From an uncultured Planctomycetota bacterium (lineage in GTDB: Bacteria; Planctomycetota; Planctomycetia; Isosphaerales; Isosphaeraceae), in NCBI GenBank assembly GCA_963845755.1, contig CAWJTV010000034.1, positions 576,001 through 640,000 of the forward strand: DNA of 64,000 nt, given 5' to 3'. Shown here one piece after another: positions 53,188-63,312 of the stretch. The first letter of the stretch is position 1; each line of letters begins with the position of its first letter. The notes under the pieces were generated by a model. The model was not told the DNA's origin. It ran no database searches and saw only the letters and a list, made by a program, of their open reading frames with translations. The translations under genes were made by a program, and so were the position numbers.

Positions 53188-54753
53188 CTACGACCTACGA
53201 CCTACTGGCCAAGCATGCTCCACCAATATCCCCGACTTCCTGCGCTGCACCAACTGATAGTAAACCGCGCCAGCGGCGAGCAAGACCAGGGTTGACAAGG
53301 GGGCGGCGAAACGGCCCAAGGGGTCCGGTCCGTAAATCTCGGCCCGCGGCCAACTGATATTCAGGACAACGAAGATGCCCCAGGCGACCGCGAAGGCGTT
53401 GACCGGCAGGCCGAGCCGACCAATCGAGAAGAGACCAGAACGATCGGCGACGGCCTCGACCTGGATGACCGAGCGACGGTCTGCGTGCGGTCCACTTCGA
53501 CGGAACCGCGCGAGCAACATCGGGAAGGTCACCAGCAGGTACGCCAGGTTCACCCAGACGATGGCGACCGAGCAGAGAGTCTCGATGACCCGCGGCAAGT
53601 TGATGTTCACGATCAACAGCGCGGCCGCCAGTCCGCCGATCAGGATCGGCGGCAGGATCGGGGCCTGCGTCCGCTCGGGCACGTGGCCGAGCAACCGCGC
53701 AAACGGGAGATTGTTGTCCCGAGCCATCGCGAAGACCAACCGGACCGTCCCGGCGTGGACGGCGAGCACGCAGACGAACACGGCGAGGATGACGTCGGCC
53801 AGGAACAAGGTGCCGATACCGGAGCCCAGTACATCCTTGATCAGGAAGGAAAGGCCGCCCGAGATCCGGCCGAGTTCAGGGAGGGTCGGGTCGCTCACCG
53901 CGAGGATGCTGAAAAGGATCAGCAACCCACCGGTCACGGTGGCGGCGCTGAGTGCCAGGAGGATCGCCCGAGGCGCACGGCGACGCGGCTGCCCGGTCTC
54001 CTCGGCCAGGGTACCAGCGGTGTCAAATCCATAGAGGACGTAAGATGCCATCAGTGCCGCTGCCAGGAATGACCCAATATAGCCGAGCGGTTGCCCGCTA
54101 CCCCGCCCCTGCGTGTCGAACAAGACGATCGGTCCACGAACGGCCCGCGCAGCCAGCAGGCCGATCAGCAAGACCACCCCAACCAGCTCGGCGGCGACCC
54201 CGACGTTGTTGATGCGCGCCATGAGCCGCACGCCGGCCACATTGATAACGGTGGTCGCTGCGATCAACACGCAGCCGAGTATCACCGCGTTGCGGGCGGT
54301 GTCCGAGAGGTTCGACGAGTCACCGATCAATTGGAACACCGGTGAGATCTGCGGGAGCGTGGCCTGCGGCGCCAGGGCGACCGCCGATAGCGAGATCACT
54401 GAGCCGCACAAATAGACCCAACCGGCCATCCAACCGACGGCGCGGCCGCCGGTCCGCCGAGACCACTGGTAGATCCCCCCCGACAGCGGATATTGCGCCG
54501 AGAGCTCGGCGAAGCACAACGCCACGGTCAGTTGCCCCAGGAACACGGCCGGCCAGGTCCAGAAGAAGGCGGGACCCCCGGCCCCATAGCCCACGTAGAA
54601 CATCTGGAACACGCCGGTCAGGATCGAGATATACGAGAACCCTGCGGCGAACGCGGAAAAGCTGCCGAGCGTCCGGTCGAGCACCGGCTTGTAGCCGAAG
54701 GACGCCAGATCCCGACTATCATCCGGGAAGGATGAAGGATCAACGTTTTCCAT
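53188..54753 (-). CDS. APC-family amino acid/amine permease
   Basis: FSAFAAGFSYISILTG, FAELSAQYPLSGGIYQW, GFDTAGTLAEET, RLVFAMARD. Confidence 0.9.
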   Translation of the reverse strand: MENVDPSSFPDDSRDLASFGYKPVLDRTLGSFSAFAAGFSYISILTGVFQMFYVGYGAGGPAFFWTWPAVFLGQLTVALCFAELSAQYPLSGGIYQWSRRTGGRAVGWMAGWVYLCGSVISLSAVALAPQATLPQISPVFQLIGDSSNLSDTARNAVILGCVLIAATTVINVAGVRLMARINNVGVAAELVGVVLLIGLLAARAVRGPIVLFDTQGRGSGQPLGYIGSFLAAALMASYVLYGFDTAGTLAEETGQPRRRAPRAILLALSAATVTGGLLILFSILAVSDPTLPELGRISGGLSFLIKDVLGSGIGTLFLADVILAVFVCVLAVHAGTVRLVFAMARDNNLPFARLLGHVPERTQAPILPPILIGGLAAALLIVNINLPRVIETLCSVAIVWVNLAYLLVTFPMLLARFRRSGPHADRRSVIQVEAVADRSGLFSIGRLGLPVNAFAVAWGIFVVLNISWPRAEIYGPDPLGRFAAPLSTLVLLAAGAVYYQLVQRRKSGILVEHAWPVGRRS

Positions 54754-54838
54754 CCTTCAGCCCTCGGCCTTCGGCGTTCCGAAGACGCTTTTAGCGATCC
54801 GAAGACACGTTCAGCCTTTGTCCCCTCTCATTCATCCT

Positions 54839-55672
54839 TCAGCCCTCATCCTTCGGCCTTCCCGAGGGAGCGGAGCGAGCGAGGTAGATGCCCCATTTCA
54901 TATCGACGGCCTGGCAGAAGCCGACCTTCATCGCCCAACGCTCGACGAGGTAATTCAGGTCGGCCTCCGAGAACGACGCGAGGAACTCGGCGCGGTGATT
55001 GGTCAGTCGGTCCATCTCGGCCTGAAGGATCTCGACGAATTTGGCGGTGGCGTCGTCAACAACAACATCCACGAATCCGGCAGCGCGGAGTCGTTCGCCG
55101 TATTGCTCGGGCTCGATCACGCTGTAGCCGGTCTTCTCGATGTAGCGCTCGAATTCCGCCGAGCCGGGCGACTTGCCGCGCACGTAATCGGTGATCGCCA
55201 GCCGGCCGCCGGGGGCCATGAGCTGATAAAGCCGGGAGAATAGTCGATCTTTATCGGGGATGTGCATGAAGGCGTCCCGGCTCCAGATGACATCGAACGG
55301 CTCGGAGAACGTCGTCTCGAGCACGTCGCCGAGCAGGAAGTTCACCGAGTCACCCATCCCGAGTCGCGCGGTCTGCTCGACGGCGATGGCGACCATTTCC
55401 TCGGCGAGGTCGATCCCCGTGACCTTCGCCCCATAGGCACGGGCCACGTGGAACGCGGCACCGCCGATCCCGCTGCCCACGTCGAGCACGCGCGCCCCCG
55501 GCCGAAGTGCCGAGCCCAGCCGGGCGCAGAGGTCCTCGGTCGTCGCGTGGCCGCCGGTGCTGATGTATCCCTCACCGAAGATCTTCTCGTATCTCAGGAT
55601 CGAGGTACGGCTGTACTGTCCATTGTTGTCGAACTTCGAACTGGCCGTCGGGGCGGTTTGGAGCGTCGTCAT
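54839..55672 (-). CDS. Phosphoethanolamine N-methyltransferase-like (PMT/PEAMT, single domain)
   Basis: QYSRTSILRYEKIFGEGYISTGG, VLDVGSGIGG, FDVIWSRDAFMHIPDK, ITDY, and the terminal KWG match plant/Plasmodium PMT signatures. Confidence 0.8.
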   Translation of the reverse strand: MTTLQTAPTASSKFDNNGQYSRTSILRYEKIFGEGYISTGGHATTEDLCARLGSALRPGARVLDVGSGIGGAAFHVARAYGAKVTGIDLAEEMVAIAVEQTARLGMGDSVNFLLGDVLETTFSEPFDVIWSRDAFMHIPDKDRLFSRLYQLMAPGGRLAITDYVRGKSPGSAEFERYIEKTGYSVIEPEQYGERLRAAGFVDVVVDDATAKFVEILQAEMDRLTNHRAEFLASFSEADLNYLVERWAMKVGFCQAVDMKWGIYLARSAPSGRPKDEG

Positions 55673-55829
55673 GGGATGCCTGAATTCCGAGGTTTCCGTC
55701 CACTCCCGGCACAGCGGCCGGGAGAAACTCGCTAAAGCGAATATTATGCGAAGGTTACGCGAAGAATGTAAAGACCGCGTTCGCCGGCCGCATCCCCTGA
55801 TAGGGAGACCGAGCAGACTGACCGCGGCA

Positions 55830-56776
55830 CTACGAGGTTCCTCCAGGAGGTGTCGGTGCGACGGAATCCAGCCGCCGTCGGGCCGTTCGATACGCCTCAA
55901 AGTTCTCGCGGGCATACCGTCCATAATCGAAGTCGATGTCGGAGTTCAACGACTGGATGACCGCCCAGAGAGCCTCGCGGAGCAGCGACACGGCCTGAAA
56001 GATTCGCAGCTCGGCGAGATCGCGCGGGTCGGGCTTAACGGTCTCACGATAGGCCGACAACAAGGCAATCTCCTGGTCCTCGGCAAGTGCGGCATTGGCC
56101 GAGACGTTGGCCAGGTCGAACAGGGGATGGCCGACCCCGCCGTATTCCCAGTCAACCAGCCAGAGCCGACAGCCATCGTCGATCAGGTTGGCCGGCAGCA
56201 GATCGTTGTGGCAAAGTACCGGCCGGAACGGTGCGATCCGCCATGATAATTGGCGGGCGTCCTCGAGCATCGCGGCGATGTCGAATGGCGTTTCCGCGCC
56301 GAGCCGGGCCGCCGTGCGCAGCGTATGTGCGTACGGTCTGGAACGGACAGAAATACAGGACCTCGCCGGCCAGTGAGTCCCATGCCCCGTGAAGGCGGCG
56401 GAGCAGGGCCGACCAGGCGATCGAGTACGTCCGGCGAGGAAACATCGGTCGCCGCCAGGGTCCGCCCCTCGACGAAACGGGTGATGAGTAAACCGTCCTC
56501 GTGATGGATGGTTTCCGGCGCGAGTCCCCAGGCGCTGACCACTTCTTGACAGACCGCCTCGTTGCGGCGGTCGATGCCCAGCAACGGACGCGGTACGCAG
56601 AGCCGCGCAACATAGGACTCGGCCGCGCTGCCACCGATTCGGATCGCGAAGTTCCGGTTGGTGATCCCTCCGGTGATTGGCCGGATCGCCGGGTCGTTGC
56701 GCCAGAGTCCCAGCTCGTTCAGCCGGCGGATCAACGCGGGCCGTGGGTCCGTGGGGGCATCGTGGCCATCGAGCAT
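55830..56776 (-). CDS. Choline/ethanolamine kinase family protein (frameshifts near 56330-56410)
   Basis: GGITNRNF, GIDRRNE, Brenner motif CHNDLLPANL, choline kinase motif LVDWEYGG..FDLAN. Confidence 0.82.
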
Positions 56777-56856
56777 CTTGGTCCTGTTCTCCAGAGCCAG
56801 AGACATTCGGTCGAACATTTCGTCAGGGTCGTGAGATACCCGCCGAACCGGAGGAA

Positions 56857-58399
56857 TCAGGGTATCATCTGATAGGTCACAAAGGCGATCTTGCGGCCAT
56901 CGGGCGACCAGCACGGGACGTTGATCGTCCCCTGACCGCCGAAGAACCGACCCAGAACGTCGATCTTCTTGGTCGCCAGGGTCAGCTTGCGCAGGCTGAC
57001 ATCCTTGTTGGGCGGGTGGCCCGTCACATCCTTATCGTAGGAGAGGAACACCAGCGAGCGGCCGTCCGGCGCAAGGTGAGGGAACCAGTTGTTGAACGCG
57101 TCGGCGGTGACCGGTTCCTGCTCGCTGCCGTCGGGCTTCATGCGCCAGATCTGCATCGTGCCGGTTCGCACGGAGTTGAAGTAGATGAAGCGGCCGTCGG
57201 GCGAATACTCCGGGCCGTCGTCCAGGCCCTTGGCGGTGGTCAAGCGGGTCTCCGCACCGCCCGCGGCGGGAATCGTGTAGATATCGAACTCGCCGCCGCG
57301 CTCGCCGCAGAAAGCCAGGGTGCGGCCGTCGGGTGACCAGCCGTGCCAGTAGGAGGGGCCCGTCGGAGTGATGAGCTGCGGCGTGCCGCCGGTGATCGGG
57401 AGCGTGTAGATGAGGGACTGCCGCTTTCCCTGAGATTGGTCGCTGATGGCCAGCAAGGTGCCATCCGGAGAGATCCCGTGATCATTATTGCAACGGGTGG
57501 CGAAGCCGGTGTCGATCACCGCCGGCTCGCCGCCGGCCGCGGGGATGCGGTAGATCCGGCCGCCACTGTTGTAAATCAACGAACGGCCGTCGCTCAGCCA
57601 GTTGGGCGCCTCGATCCGGGTGGGAGTGACGTAGACCACGCGCCGATCCGTCGAGGCCATCGTCTGAGTTTCGAGAGTGCTGTAGACGACCGGCCGGCCC
57701 GATGAAGCTGCGAACGAATTGGTCAGCTCCACGTTCGAGAACACGGCCTTCTCCGTCACGTCGTCGTTGTGAGCGCAGACTCCGAGTCCGACGTAGAACG
57801 GCTCCTGGAAGGTCATCGGCACCGCGGCCCCCGAGAATGTCAGCTTGTCCCCCGAAGCCAGATACATCAGGACATATTTCCCCTTCTTCTCAAGACGCAA
57901 CCGTTTCGGTGCCGAGACGTTGGCCTGAACTTCGTGGGTGGCGGCGCCTTGGGCCTCGCGGAATTGTAGGGACGTCAGCCCGTCGCCGTGAAGCGCGATG
58001 TCAACATAAGCCGAGTCGGCATCGAGCGACTGACGAATCACCAGGCACGCCTTGCGATGCAGCTCCGTGCCGGTTCCGAGGAATGAGACGTCGGCTGTGA
58101 GTGCGAGGTCGCCCGTCGTTTTCTTCCAGACATAATGGAACGCGTCGCGGGCCGCCCACATGTTCGCGCCGCTGCCGGCCACGGTGAAGCGGCGTCAGGC
58201 CGCGTCGTACTCGACCGACCCCGGATGCCGGACGGTGCCGACATCCTGGTGCCCTTCAAAGATCCCGATAGCCTCGGCTCTCGCCCTGAGCCGGCGAGGG
58301 TGGCCGGCGTCGCGGTCGATGGGAAGAGGCGGCGTATACGTGAATCCAGCCAACGAGCAGGAAAGGTACGAATCCGAATGTGATCAGGGAGGGTCTCAT
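56857..58399 (-). CDS. Exported TolB-like PD40 beta-propeller protein with N-terminal ConA-like domain (frameshifts near 58190-58300)
   Basis: [55 protein letters not shown]. Confidence 0.82.
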
Positions 58400-58486
58400 G
58401 GCGTTTTTCCTCGGACATCTCGAATCGGGAATATCGAATCCGAATGAGTCAACTCGCACGATGGAGCGAAGCGAAGGCCAGGGTCG

Positions 58487-59516
58487 TCACGACGGCGACC
58501 AGGTCGCCGGAGGCGGGGTGAGTCGGCGATGACCGATTCGCCTCCGACCGTTGGGCCGAGCGGACCAGCCAGCGCGACGACCAGCAGGCCGATCACAATC
58601 AACGGGATCCAGGGCACGAGCGCAACCAGCAGGAACAAGAGGGACTTGCCGAACGCGGTGAGCGCATCCAGAGAGCGGAAGAAGGTATGGCCGAGCTGGG
58701 CCTGGAGCGTCATCGGGGCAGGGGGCGTGTAGTCCTTCCACTCGGTCGCCGTGACGGTGACGGTGCTCAATCCGCGCGGTTGGCGAGGAAGCGGAGCCGG
58801 CCCTGCATCTGCTCGACCTCGCCGCGGACCCGCGTCAGCTCGCGCTCGACGCTCAGGATATCCTCGAGCTTGCCGGTCGAGTCGGCGAGGTGCTTGAGCA
58901 GGCGTTTCTCCTCCTCCTGCTTGTTGCGGATCCGGGCCTCGATGTCGTAATACTCCTCCGTCACATCCTGCGATCCGACGTGATTGGTCCGCACTTCGCC
59001 GATCTGGCTCACGGCACTCACGAACGAATCGAAGCGGTCGACCGGCACGCGGACTCGCCAGGTCGCATCGCGCTGGGTACCGGTCTGGGCGGAGATGGTC
59101 GACTCGGCAAGGAATCCACCGTTCGTCTTTGATCAGGTCGAGGATCGCTCCGCTCGGTGGCGCTGAGGCTCTTGACGAGCAGCTCGATGCGAGCGTCGTA
59201 GATGATCTTCCGGGGCATGGCGGGCGGAGGTGTGGGCGGCTTCGACTGATCCGTAGTCTGCCTCGCGGGCGTCGCCGAGGTCTCGGTAGGTTCGGCATTG
59301 ATGAAACGAACACTTCCATCCGCGTTCTGGACGTCGGAGTCGCTCTTCGCGACCGACTGTGCAAAGTTCCGCGCGTTGATGTTCGCGCCGGAGCTTCGGG
59401 GCCTCCTCGGCACAGCCGCCGGAGAATGCGGCCAGGATCATGGCCAGGCAAAGGAACACCGCCGGTTCGATCGTTGGTCGAGGATGCGGATGACTGTCAA
59501 TCCGGACGGCTTTCAT
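58487..59516 (-). CDS. DUF4349 domain lipoprotein (several frameshifts)
   Basis: Lipobox-like AFSGGC; RKIIYDARIEL; QDVTEEYYDIEAR..ILSVERELTRVRGEVEQMQG; C-terminal TM. Confidence 0.75.
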
Positions 59517-59964
59517 GGGATGACTCCAGTGCCTCGAGAGACAGGATGAGCGGATTGAGATGTCGAGTATCAGTTCCGTGACGGAGATGGGTGCGCGGCG
59601 GCCCACTCGGTCCCAACCGGCATTATGAGGGTGTGCGCACCGATTTCCAAAGAGGGGAGATACTCGTCGCGTCGAGATGTCCGGGCCAATCGCCGTCAGC
59701 GAGTATTATGGTCCCACTGGCTCAATGATGCCGATGTCGCCGTGAGAAAGGGCCGGGGAGTGTCCGGAGAAGACAGGACAAGCGGAGCGGGGCGTTTCGG
59801 TGGGTCCGAGATGGCCAAGGCCCTGGTGCTGGTCGCGACGAACGTCGGGGGCTTGAGCCGGATGCGAACCCCAGCCGAGGTCGTGATCGGTGGCAACGCG
59901 GTCCCGCCCGGGCGAGCGGCCGCGCCGTATCGAGCCGGTCAGAGGCGAAAAAGGGGGACGGCTT

Positions 59965-60629
59965 TTACGCTTGCTCTTTGCGAGGCCGGCCTCGGGGACG
60001 CAAGCACGACTCGAGCCCCAGCCGAATCGCGGTCTTCCGGGTCCAGGCCTCTCCGCCGAACGGTCGGCCCCGTGACACCGAGTGCCGCAACCGCTGGAGG
60101 TCGCCGGCCGATGAGCGGCTCGTTGACGCGCTCCAGCCACCGATCATCGCGGACCGGCACCCGGCCCCGCCACAGCAACGGATCGCGACGCAGCCAGCCG
60201 GGGAGGCTCGACCACGTCCAGTCCTCGGCTCGTGAGACCAGTTCGGCCCGCAACGCATTCCGTTCGACGTAGCGGAGCACCGTGACCAGATGGTCGTCAC
60301 TCTGGACGGGGAACGCCTGGAACCGCCCCTGCCAGATGTGCCCCGAGGTGCCGTAATGGCGATGGTAGCGGCGCGCGTGGGCCGTGAGCAGCCACTGCAT
60401 CCAGCGACCCAGGTCGCCATCCTGCTTGGTTCTCAGCACCAAGTGGAAGTGGTTGGGCATCAGGCAATAGCCGAGGAGGTCAAACCGGGAGGCGGGCGCG
60501 AGCGTCAACCATCGCCTCGACGAAGGCGTCATAATCACCAGGCTTGTGGAAAACGGCCTCGCGGCGATTGCCCCGATTCAGGGCGTGATACCACATCCCA
60601 CCGACCGAGGCGCGAGCGGTTCGCGGCAT
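59965..60629 (-). CDS. REP-associated tyrosine transposase (RAYT, HUH Y1) (frameshifts near 60490 and 60115)
   Basis: MPRTAR..YHALNRGN, YCLMPNHFHL (HUH), GHIWQGRF, RYVERNALRA..AEDWTWSS, C-terminal RPRGRPRK. Confidence 0.9.
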
Positions 60630-60636
60630 GCCGCTC

Positions 60637-60665
60637 ACTGTACTCAACGAGGTCCCGGCTGTCAA
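60637..60665 (-). promoter_or_regulatory. Sigma70-type promoter of the RAYT gene, probably giving a leaderless mRNA
   Basis: TTGACA (60665-60660)-17 bp-TACAGT (60642-60637), followed by only 7 nt before the ATG at 60629; no SD sequence. Confidence 0.6.
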
Positions 60666-60845
60666 TAAAGCGCTATGTCCCCGTTTTTCCTGCGTTTTTC
60701 CCCTTGTCAATAAAGCGCTATGTCCCCGTTTTTCCCGTATGTCCCCGTTTTTCCCGTCCCCACTGAAGACCTATACCTTTGCACGGCGCACTATGTCCCC
60801 GTTTTTCCCCCTTGTCCCCGTTTTTCCCCCTGTCCCCGTTTTTCC
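60660..60845. repeat. Cluster of six TGTCCCCGTTTTTCC REP-like repeats upstream of RAYT
   Basis: Copies at about 60676, 60721, 60740, 60794, 60813 and 60831; TGTCAATAAAGCGCTATGTCCCCGTTTTTCC occurs twice. Confidence 0.9.
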
Positions 60846-61796
60846 TGCTCCCCTATGGCGTGACCGTTTCCGTTGTCGCCGGACGTACGCGAGTGAGCCG
60901 ACAGCGCCCATGCTGAGAAGGGCGAGGGTAGAGGGTTCTGGAATAGAGTTGTTGAAAGTAAGCCGGGCCACTCAAGCCGCCACCGCCGAAATCGTTGATA
61001 AACGCCCCTGTCGTGCCATTGAAACGCAGCATGACATTATTGTTAAAGTCGCTAACTAGGAGATCGCCTCCCATGAACGCTAGCCCAACGAGATTTGCTG
61101 CTGAAAAGGGGATCAGTGGCGAAGACGTTCATAAATGCGCCTGTCGTCCCGTTGAAACGCACAACATCACCACTGAAACCGCCGCTGACATAGAGGTTCC
61201 CGTCTGGCCCGAAGACCATTCCTCCGGCTCCATTCGAGCCCGCCACCAGAGGCGAAGACATTCATAAATGCGCCTGTCGTCCCATTGAAACGGAGGACAT
61301 TATTGTTGTGGAAATCGCTGACGTACAGATTGCCATCCCGTCCAAAGATTAGATCCTCGGGTTCAACCAGTCCTCCACCGGAGGCGAAAGTACCCAGAAG
61401 AGCTCCGGTCTTGCCGTCGAATCGCTCAATTCGGTCACCAACGCCGATGTAAAGATCGCCGTCCGGCCCGAAAACCAGGCCATTCAGTTCACCCGAGCCG
61501 CCGCCGCCAGTCGGAATAAATACATTCACAAATGTTCCATTCAATCCATTATAACTCAGAACACTTCTGGAATTAAAGCTTGTAACGTAAAAGTTGCCAT
61601 CGGGCCCGAAAGTCTGATCCACTGGTCCATCCAATCCCCCACCAGAGGCGAAGGTGCCGAGAAAGGCCCCCGTCGTCGTATCATAACGCAGCACGCTGTT
61701 GGTGAAATAGCTGCTGACTATCAGATCCGCCTTTGCTCGCCCCACTGCTCCCAGGAGCGAAGCCAAGGCCGCCAAGCCCCATGCGATTCGTTTCAT
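60771..61796 (-). CDS. PEP-CTERM protein with NHL/Vgb-like beta-propeller repeats (several frameshifts; 3' end uncertain)
   Basis: Signal peptide ..GRAKA; repeated FGPDGNLYV..VLRFNGTTGAF; IPEPSTLALLSMGAVGSLAYVRRQRK. Confidence 0.8.
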
Positions 61797-61878
61797 CGTT
61801 GTGTCTCACACTTGAGGTTAGCACCTATCGGTGGGATGAGGTCTGACTCCACACCTCCGGACCGCACGCCTCCGGGAA

Positions 61879-62027
61879 ATAACTAGAAACTAGGTCTGCC
61901 CACAAGCCTCCCAAGGTCTGCCCACAAGCCTCCCAAGCCTCCCATAACTAGAAACTAGGTCTGCCCACAAGCCTCCTTAAAGCGCTATGTCCCCGTTTTT
62001 CCAAGCTTCTCTATGTCCCCGTTTTTC
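61879..62027. repeat. Mixed repeat cluster between PEP-CTERM genes
   Basis: ATAACTAGAAACTAGGTCTGCCCACAAGCCTCC x2 plus partial copies, then TAAAGCGCTATGTCCCCGTTTTTCC (identical to the RAYT-proximal motif) and CTATGTCCCCGTTTTTC. Confidence 0.88.
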
Positions 62028-62093
62028 TTTCCAGTTTTAGTGTCGCCTGACAGACCCTGCCCCCGCTTTCTCTCTGGGTAGTATCACAAAGGG

Positions 62094-62931
62094 TCAGCCA
62101 CGAAGGCGAAGGGATCGACGGTGCCAGCCGCAGGCAAGCCCGATCACTGCTACGGTACCACACATCACCAGGGTGGAGGGTTCAGGTACGCTGCTTGCCT
62201 GTGCATATCCGAGATTGGCCGAATTAGCATTCATGATCTGATCGAAATTTAATGATATTTTTTTATCCACTTCTGAATTCGATATGCTGAAAGGAACGCT
62301 GAAATCTACCGTCATCAGGGTGGCGATCGTAGTCGACCCAGATGTTGTCACCGCGAAGTCGCTGGGTGAGAACGCCCCAGATGTCGTCAACACACCATCA
62401 ACGAGGGAGGCGCCGGCCGAAAAAAGAGTCTGCCCATTGAGAAGAAGCTGAAATGACATGGCCGACGAGGCACTACCCCGGTTGACCAGGAAGGGGTCGA
62501 TGTGGAGCTTGAAGATACCCAGGTTGAACACTTGCCTGGAAAACGAGGATACCGTCTGCGTCTGCTGAGGCAAAGACGGCGGATGTTTGTTTCGTCCCGG
62601 CATCTGTAAGGGCGTTCGTAGAAACGTCAAAGCCAAACTCAGACGTTACACTAGAAGCAAATGTGTCAGCAAATGAAAAAGTGTGCATTGGTACCGCAGT
62701 TCCTTCTGCTTGACCGGACACGCTGGCAACGACGCCGGTATCTAGATCGGCGAAGTCGGCTCCATCGGAACTCGTAGCACCTATGGCCGCGATACAAGGA
62801 TTCGGTGTAAAGACGAGACCAGGGATTTGAGGAATTAGAATTGCGCCCGCCCACGCGTCGGACCTTGAGCTGACGAGGGTCATGGATAATGCGATCAGGA
62901 ACGCGGTCGAGCGAGGCATGGAACGCGACAC
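62094..62931 (-). CDS. PEP-CTERM surface protein (frameshift near 62530)
   Basis: AGGAGG then GTG at 62931; signal peptide; S/T/F-rich body; SSVPEPSTLVMCGTVAVIGLACGWHRR. Confidence 0.78.
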
Positions 62932-62963
62932 GGTCTTTACCTCCTTGAGGGGAAAAGAGGGAA

Positions 62964-63254
62964 CCAAAAAGGGGGACAGGCCAAAAAGGGGGACATAAGG
63001 CCAAAAAGGGGGACAGGCCAAAAAGGGGGACATAAGGCCAAAAAGGGGGACAGGCCAAAAAGGGGGACATAAGGCCAAAAAGGGAGACAGGCCAAAAAGG
63101 GGGACATAGCACATATTTGGGCATGCCCTACGTCCCCGTTTTCTCATGTTGGGCCAAAAAGGGGGACATAGCGCATATTTGGGCATGCCCTACGTCCCCG
63201 TTTTCTCATGTTGCGATCCGACCGGGGCAAAAACTTGAAACTAGGTCTGACCCC
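62964..63254. repeat. Tandem REP/REPIN array
   Basis: Alternating CCAAAAAGGGGGACAGG and CCAAAAAGGGGGACATAAGG (37-bp period); then two 62-bp hairpin units AAAAAGGGGGACATAG...CTACGTCCCCGTTTT; then GAAACTAGGTCTGACCCC. Confidence 0.9.
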
Positions 63255-63312
63255 GAGCCACCCCCGAGGGGCGATCCCCTGAGGGCGACCCAGCCCGGTC
63301 CTCACTTTCACT

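Noticed and set aside
1888..62931. Mass pseudogenisation or programmed frameshifting in about 20 genes
   Set aside because: Single-base shifts are scattered through unrelated genes, and I noticed no accompanying in-frame stops or decay. Sequencing indels are the simplest explanation; short-read polishing would settle it.
62964..63213. CRISPR array
   Set aside because: The repeats are short and abutting with no unique spacers, there are no cas genes, and the motif matches the RAYT-flanking REP.
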